Source: Candidatus Micrarchaeota archaeon (lineage in GTDB: Archaea > Micrarchaeota > Micrarchaeia > Anstonellales > Anstonellaceae). From it: a DNA stretch of 31,356 nt. Below are positions 26,139-31,356 of the stretch, piece after piece. Below the pieces are notes generated by a model. That model was given only the letters and a program-made list of their open reading frames with translations, had not been told where the DNA came from and made no database searches. Each line of letters starts with the position of its first letter. Position 1 is the stretch's first letter. A program made the translations under genes and the position numbers. The stretch is from positions 1 through 31,356 of the forward strand of contig DUFS01000064.1 of the NCBI GenBank assembly GCA_013331805.1, in the 5' to 3' direction.

Positions 26139-26727
26139 ATAGCCCCATCCTCTTTCCAAGTGCATCCTTATATCTGGCGGACTGCCAGTCGTTCAGGTTC
26201 CATAAGTCAACATAGACCTGCGGGTCAGGGCATATGCCTTTGTCGGCATAGCCTGCAAGAAAGGGGTCTTTGCCAAGCACCAGCACTCTGGCATTTCCCT
26301 TTTCATTCCTGAATCTCCCCCCAGCTTCTGCAGCCTCTTTCTGGTCAGCATAAACAATCACTGTGGAATAGTCTGCCACGGCCTCATTGTGCCTCAGCCT
26401 GTATGCAGTGCAGCCTCCCCAGACTATCCCCGAGGGCATCGCCTTTTCAGCTTCGGAGACGCTTGCTGCCCAGCCGCTCCAGACAACGTCTTTCGCAAGC
26501 TTCCGCTGCGTTCCCCAGAATGCCAGGAGCTTTCCAAGGTCTGAGAGCCTGCATCCCCTGGAAAGGGGGGAAACAATCCCGTTTTGCACAAGCGGGAAAA
26601 TGGCATTGTGCACGGTGGACAGTGATATCCCGAATTTCCTGGACAGCCCAAGCTGGGTGAACCGCGCACCACGTTCCTTCAGCGCGTTGCAGGCAAGTTC
26701 CCTGTAAATCCATTCCTTTTTCTTCAT
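26119..26727 (-). CDS. Winged-HTH protein, AbiEi-like antitoxin/transcriptional regulator
   Basis: FTQLGLSRKFGISLSTVHNA HTH; C-terminal PQVYVDLW; overlaps the NTase start. Confidence 0.75.
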   Translation of the reverse strand: MKKKEWIYRELACNALKERGARFTQLGLSRKFGISLSTVHNAIFPLVQNGIVSPLSRGCRLSDLGKLLAFWGTQRKLAKDVVWSGWAASVSEAEKAMPSGIVWGGCTAYRLRHNEAVADYSTVIVYADQKEAAEAGGRFRNEKGNARVLVLGKDPFLAGYADKGICPDPQVYVDLWNLNDWQSARYKDALGKRMGLYETVLE

Positions 26728-26771
26728 GTTTCGATTTTTGAATTAGGCTATTTATATAGGTTTCGATATTC

Positions 26772-26816
26772 TTCGAAACATCTCTTAATACAGGAACCCG
26801 GCCATGTAAAGTGGTA
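26772..26816. repeat. 45-bp imperfect direct repeat, copy 1 (relic 3' end of an ATPase gene)
   Basis: 40/45 identical to 28253-28297; encodes PLYMAGFLY-stop on the minus strand. Confidence 0.92.
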
Positions 26817-26871
26817 CGCCCAGCAGGTGGAATCAAATTCGGGGTTATCATGCTGTATCAGTATATCATAC

Positions 26872-26898
26872 TATACTAATAAAAGCTTTATTAGTATA
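26872..26898. promoter_or_regulatory. Perfect 12-bp palindrome over the promoter of the plus-strand ATPase
   Basis: TATACTAATAAA-AGC-TTTATTAGTATA. Confidence 0.6.
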
Positions 26899-26922
26899 TT
26901 ACACTATATGAACGTGATTGCC

Positions 26923-28194
26923 ATGGATGTTGGCGCATTGGAGAAATTCAATCCCTGGTGGGTAGGGGAAGGTGTGCCGCCCGGGCTTCTTGGCACGCAC
27001 AGGCGGCCCTACTTTGAAGAAGCGGCAAAGTATATTGACAAACGGTTCATAGTGCTGCTCTATGGGCTGCGGAGAGTGGGCAAATCCACCATACTCTACC
27101 AGCTGGCGGACATGCTCCTGAAAAAAGGCATAAATCCGCTGAGGGTGCTCTACTTTTCGTTTGACGAGCAGCCTGCGCAAATCGAGCAGATTCTGTCTGC
27201 ATACGAGGAAAAGGTGATAAAAGGCAGGATTGGCGGGCAAAAAACCTACCTTTTCCTGGACGAAGTGCAGAAGGTCGGCGATTGGCAATCCAAGCTCAAA
27301 GTCCTATACGACCTGAACCCGGACTTGAAGATATTTGTTTCCGGCTCGGCTTCGATTTCACTGCAAAAAAAAGCCGCCGAAAGCCTTGCCGGGCGCGTGG
27401 TCGACGTGCATGTCAAGCCGCTTTCATTCCGCGAGTTTTTGCAGTGGAAGGGTGCAAAGATGGATGAAAGCCGGCCAGAGCTTTACCAAAAAGAGGCGTC
27501 CCTCCATCTTGCAGACTACATGCGGAAAGGCGGCTTTCCGGAAATAACCGACCACGCGGAGGACGGGATGGTGCGGAAGTACGTCAAAAGCGCGGTGCTG
27601 GACAGGATACTCTACCGCGACATTCCGCAGGAGTTTGGAGTGCGGGATCTCGAGCTTTTGAGGGCATTGCATGAATTGTTTGCCCGCGAGCCTGGCATGA
27701 TTGCCAATGTTGAGGGGATTGCGAAAGACCTGGGAAGGAACAGGATAACTGTCGCAAATTACATTGAATATCTCAAGCATGCCCTTCTCATATGCGATGT
27801 GAAAAACCTGCGTGGAAGCGCCCTGGCAACGTCAAGGAAGAACAAGAAAATCTATCCCACCAGCCCTGCATTCACATTTGCCATGCGGGAAGACTTCTTT
27901 TCAGGGGCAGTCCTTTCCAAAGTGGCTGAAACGCTGGTTGCCGCCCATCTTGAGGCAGAGTACTATTACCGCAACAGCTTTGAAGTTGATTTTGTAAAAA
28001 AGAAAGGGAAGGTTGCCGTGCCGGTGGAAGTCAAGTTTGGGAAAGTTGCGCAGGGGCAGGCCCTGCGATTTATGGAAATTTATAAATCTCCGCGTGGAGT
28101 GGTGGTAAGCAAGGATGAATTTTCCCCAAGAGGCAAGGTTAAGGTTGTGCCGCTTTGGCTTTTCCTGATGAAAAGCTCCGAAGCAGCGGAATAG
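26923..28194 (+). CDS. AAA_14/DUF4143-type ATP-binding protein
   Basis: FNPWW, Walker A GLRRVGKS, Walker B FLDEVQ, VSGSAS, LAGR, GGFPE, C-terminal EVDFV...VEVK nuclease-like motif; alternative ATG at 26908. Confidence 0.9.
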   Translation: MDVGALEKFNPWWVGEGVPPGLLGTHRRPYFEEAAKYIDKRFIVLLYGLRRVGKSTILYQLADMLLKKGINPLRVLYFSFDEQPAQIEQILSAYEEKVIKGRIGGQKTYLFLDEVQKVGDWQSKLKVLYDLNPDLKIFVSGSASISLQKKAAESLAGRVVDVHVKPLSFREFLQWKGAKMDESRPELYQKEASLHLADYMRKGGFPEITDHAEDGMVRKYVKSAVLDRILYRDIPQEFGVRDLELLRALHELFAREPGMIANVEGIAKDLGRNRITVANYIEYLKHALLICDVKNLRGSALATSRKNKKIYPTSPAFTFAMREDFFSGAVLSKVAETLVAAHLEAEYYYRNSFEVDFVKKKGKVAVPVEVKFGKVAQGQALRFMEIYKSPRGVVVSKDEFSPRGKVKVVPLWLFLMKSSEAAE

Positions 28195-28252
28195 GGATTC
28201 CGCTCCAGTGCAGAAAAAGGGCATGACTGGCTTGTGCAACACCCAGAAGATT

Positions 28253-28297
28253 TTCGAAACATCATCTAATACAGGAACCCAGCCATGTAAAGCGGTA
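28253..28297. repeat. 45-bp imperfect direct repeat, copy 2
   Basis: Spans the stop codon of the minus-strand ATPase; 1481 bp from copy 1. Confidence 0.92.
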
Positions 28298-29456
28298 TGG
28301 ACTTGCCAGTGAACTCCTCGGAATCCTTCAATATGAATTCCGGCTCCTGCCCGAAGTTCTTTCCCGCCCCGCCAACCTCCACTGTCCGCCCTTCAAATCG
28401 GAAATCAGGCGTCTTTTGCCCACGGTTGCCTTTCAGGTAGCAGAGCTTGTCAGCATGGGAAACAAAGAACTCCTCCCGCAGAGCGCCAGCGTCCGGCTCA
28501 CGGAGGACCGACCTTGCTATGTGGGTGCGGAACGGGGGCGCCAGGTAGAGTTTCGGTTCCTTTCGCACAAGATCCTTTCCGCACGGAAGTACGCGCATCA
28601 CCAGCCCCATCCGGCAAATGGCGTCCACTATTTTCATCAGGGTGGGCTTGGAAACGCTGAGCTTTCCGCCAAGCGACGAATAGCTCAGTTCGGCAGGCGG
28701 GCTTATGGCAATCCATTGCAGTATTTTTTTCACGCTTTCCACGCTTTCGTGCTTCAGGACTTCCGAGCGTGGCAGGTCAGAATAGATTATCTTCTCCAGC
28801 GAATTGGAAAGCATGAGGGAGAATTGCTCCGGGTTCACGCTTGGATATGCCAATCCTCCGAAGGAATGGTATTCCGCAACATAACCTGCGAATTCCGAAT
28901 TGGACGAAGCGAAGACGGCCCTTGTTTTTTCTTCGAAAAGCGCCTGCGGGCTGATGCGTCCCGCATCCCGGATTCCTTTTTTTATGACCAGGTGCTCACG
29001 AAATGAGACCGGCTTCATATGGTACAAGAGCGCCCGCCTTGAAAGATCCGCGCCCTTTCGGAGTTCCAGTGCGGATGAGCCTGAAAAAAACACCCGGGCA
29101 AGGTTTTCATCATAAGCGGTTTTGAGGGCCGATTTCCATTCGCTTCGCGTGTGTATTTCGTCTATGAACAGATGTTTCCAGCCTCTGGAGGCAACAAACC
29201 GCATTATGTCATAAAGGTCGTATTCTTCCAGGTACTCGGCGTCTGATGAAAAGTAAAACGAGTCTTTCATCGCATTGGCAAGCTGGAGCAGAAGCACGGT
29301 CTTGCCAATTCCCCTAAGCCCGCATATGCCAGCGTGGGTTCCGGCAGGCGTGTTTGCCAGGCTGTCAAACAGGTAACGCCTGAAAACAAAGCGGCCAGCG
29401 TCCGCCTTGCGCGCTTCGCTGTTTTTCAACAGCTTTGAAAAGGCCATTTCGTCCAT
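28266..29456 (-). CDS. AAA_14-type ATP-binding protein (DUF4143-like C-terminus)
   Basis: GLRGIGKT, FIDEIH, FSGSSAL, DLSRR, KEPKLYL, TPDF...VEVGG, IPLYMAGFLY. Confidence 0.88.
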   Translation of the reverse strand: MDEMAFSKLLKNSEARKADAGRFVFRRYLFDSLANTPAGTHAGICGLRGIGKTVLLLQLANAMKDSFYFSSDAEYLEEYDLYDIMRFVASRGWKHLFIDEIHTRSEWKSALKTAYDENLARVFFSGSSALELRKGADLSRRALLYHMKPVSFREHLVIKKGIRDAGRISPQALFEEKTRAVFASSNSEFAGYVAEYHSFGGLAYPSVNPEQFSLMLSNSLEKIIYSDLPRSEVLKHESVESVKKILQWIAISPPAELSYSSLGGKLSVSKPTLMKIVDAICRMGLVMRVLPCGKDLVRKEPKLYLAPPFRTHIARSVLREPDAGALREEFFVSHADKLCYLKGNRGQKTPDFRFEGRTVEVGGAGKNFGQEPEFILKDSEEFTGKSIPLYMAGFLY

Positions 29457-29557
29457 GGATGAATTATGGCAGAAAGGCTTATATTTCTTACATTTTGTAA
29501 ATTGTAATTGACAAAAAGCGTGCATTTTGTAAAACAGGTTTATCAAAATGCATTAAG

Positions 29558-30919
29558 CTAGCTCTCCATCGCCTTCTCCACGACGTCCTTATATTCCTTC
29601 ATCAGCGAATCTGCCCTTTTCTGCGTCTTCGCCTCTGCAAAAATCCGCATGGCGTTCTCGGTGCCCGATGCCCTCACAATCGCCCAGCCATCCTCAAAAT
29701 CAATACGCACTCCGTCTATGAGCGTGAGCCTGCCGCCTGACTTTTCAGCGTGCTTTTTCGCAGCAGCAAGCCCGGCTTCTTTCTTCTCGGGCGCAGCCTC
29801 AGGCTTCGCCTTCGCATTATAATAGACCGGAAGCTCAGCCACAAGCTCGCTCATTTTTTTGTCGCAGGCCATTTCGCACATTTTCGCAGCCGCGAAAATG
29901 CCGTCCTTTGCAAGCGAGAAGCCGGGCCAGATTACGCCTCCCACTTCCTCGCCGCCTGAAACCACCTTCTTCCCGAGCTCTACAATCTTTTCGGAAAGAT
30001 AAGGCGCCCCAACTTTTGTGTAAACTGTTTTCGCGCCAAGCGAAGCGCAGGCATCCTCCACGCATCTGCTCGTTGCAACGGTAGTCACCACCACCTTTTC
30101 TCTCTGCCCCTTTGCCTCCTCGCATGCCTTTTTCGCGGAAATCGCAAATCCCTTGTCGCCCACTATCCAGCTCCCCCTTTCGTCCACGAACACAACGCGG
30201 TCGGAATCCCCGTCCCATGCAACGCCGAAGTCTGCCGATTTTTCGCGCACTGTTTTGAGAAGCCTCTGCACATTTGGCTCGGAGGGCTCGGAAAGCCTTC
30301 CAGGAAAATGCCCATCGATTTTTTCGTTTAGCACAGTCACTTCGCATCCAAGGGACTCGAATACAGGACGCGAAAGAGCGGAGGTGCCGTTGCCGAAATC
30401 CAGGGCGATTCGCAGTTTCCTTTTCCTGATTTTTTCCGCATCCACAGCTTTCAGGACTGCAGCAGCGTGGTCGGTTGCCGCGTTCGGATACTCCTGCTTC
30501 CTGCCAACGTGGTTCCACTCAGATCTCATGAATTTCTTGCCAAGAGCCATCCTCTCGATTTCGGCTCCCCTCTCATGCGAAATGGCAATCCCCTTCCCGT
30601 CCACGAACTTGAGCGCGTTCCACTCAGGGGGATTGTGCGACGCAGTGACGATTATCAGCCCGGCTGCTTTCTTCTTCTCAAGCGCCCACTCGGCCACAGG
30701 GGAGGAAACCATCCCCAAGTCAAGCGCATCCTTTCCAGCTGAAAGTATCCCCGCCTCCACAGCCGAATGGAGCATTGGGGACGTAAGGCGCATGTCTCTT
30801 CCCAGCGCAATCTCTCTGCCTGCGCAAGACGTGGCAAAAGACGCGGCAAGGTCAAAGGCAAGGCCCGGGGTGAGCACATCCAGCCTCCCCCTCACCCCGT
30901 TGGTTCCGAAAAGCGCCAT
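29558..30919 (-). CDS. glmM: Phosphoglucosamine mutase / phosphomannomutase
   Basis: LFGTNGVRG, TASHNP, DGDSDR, GGEE, RASGTE; GAGGAG SD. Confidence 0.9.
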   Translation of the reverse strand: MALFGTNGVRGRLDVLTPGLAFDLAASFATSCAGREIALGRDMRLTSPMLHSAVEAGILSAGKDALDLGMVSSPVAEWALEKKKAAGLIIVTASHNPPEWNALKFVDGKGIAISHERGAEIERMALGKKFMRSEWNHVGRKQEYPNAATDHAAAVLKAVDAEKIRKRKLRIALDFGNGTSALSRPVFESLGCEVTVLNEKIDGHFPGRLSEPSEPNVQRLLKTVREKSADFGVAWDGDSDRVVFVDERGSWIVGDKGFAISAKKACEEAKGQREKVVVTTVATSRCVEDACASLGAKTVYTKVGAPYLSEKIVELGKKVVSGGEEVGGVIWPGFSLAKDGIFAAAKMCEMACDKKMSELVAELPVYYNAKAKPEAAPEKKEAGLAAAKKHAEKSGGRLTLIDGVRIDFEDGWAIVRASGTENAMRIFAEAKTQKRADSLMKEYKDVVEKAMES

Positions 30920-30930
30920 AGTATCTCCTC

Positions 30931-31056
30931 TCACTTTTTTTCAGCAACCCTTAGCAGCATAGTCTTTTCAGCAAGGGAAATGAGCTTGGGGGAAATGTGC
31001 GCCTTGCCCGCAACAAGCATCCTGCCGCGTTTCGGGCGTTTGCCAGGCATTTTCAT
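30931..31056 (-). CDS. Possible small basic protein (41 aa)
   Basis: GAGGGGAG SD before the ATG; fills the gap between the upstream gene and glmM. Confidence 0.35.
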   Translation of the reverse strand: MKMPGKRPKRGRMLVAGKAHISPKLISLAEKTMLLRVAEKK

Positions 31057-31057
31057 G

Positions 31058-31356
31058 CTAATCTCCCCTCTTCGCGTGGATGATTTCCCAGTGCCCGCCC
31101 TTGTCCGGGCCAACACGGCGGAGCAGACTCTTCTTCCTGAGATTGCTTAGGTGGAATTTGACTCCGTCCCCAGTCAATCCGAGCAGAACTGCAAGCTCTT
31201 TCCGCGTGATTTCTGGATTTTTGCTGATGGAATCAAGGATTTTCTGGGTAGTTTTCTGGGTAGCAGGTCTTGAATGTTTATTGAAAATTGCCCTGAAAAA
31301 TGTTGAAGATTCGAACCCCGGTTCGTTCAAGCCGGCGCCGGTCATTTTAATTCTTT
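31058..31356 (-). CDS. C-terminal part of a wHTH-containing protein (AlbA/RecG-C-like regulator or Fic-type tail), truncated by the window edge
   Basis: AGLNEPGF, TQKTTQK linker, NPEITRKELA...LRRVGPDKGGHW; frame stays open to the window end. Confidence 0.75.
   Translation of the reverse strand, partial: RIKMTGAGLNEPGFESSTFFRAIFNKHSRPATQKTTQKILDSISKNPEITRKELAVLLGLTGDGVKFHLSNLRKKSLLRRVGPDKGGHWEIIHAKRGD

Noticed and set aside
26772..28297. 45-bp repeats as CRISPR repeats or an IS target-site duplication
   Set aside because: Only two copies 1481 bp apart, coding-derived, too long for a TSD, and no transposase between them
31240..31263. 12-bp tandem repeat TTTTCTGGGTAG x2
   Set aside because: In-frame, encodes the TQKT-type linker common before such wHTH tails; not a regulatory array

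Overview
Archaeal chromosomal window, probably from a DPANN/Micrarchaeota-like lineage. This is inferred from the AMP phosphorylase, ftsZ-secE-spt5, TATA/SD architecture and a QGATEYL-type class III signal peptide. Left and middle part: a stand-alone 5S rRNA, a pilin-like gene broken by a 13-bp tandem duplication, AMP phosphorylase, ftsZ-secE-spt5, an inverted block carrying rpl11, surface proteins, trmI-purE-purC-ubiA-aguA-aguB, a class II HMG-CoA reductase and glycosylation genes (degenerate AglB-like protein, GPT/MraY family, epimerase, nucleotidyltransferase, wecB, glmM). Between wecB and glmM lies a 5.2-kb accessory island: an IS605-group element (truncated tnpA, intact tnpB), an AbiE-like HTH/nucleotidyltransferase pair and two AAA_14/DUF4143-type ATPases. 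The most striking observation concerns the IS. Its ends can be placed at 24331-25673 using the IS608 guide/cleavage-site pairing rule. Its target motif TCAT is the reverse complement of the wecB start (ATGA), and precise excision would fuse the nucleotidyltransferase in frame to WecB. All protein calls come from motif recognition by eye; no searches were run.
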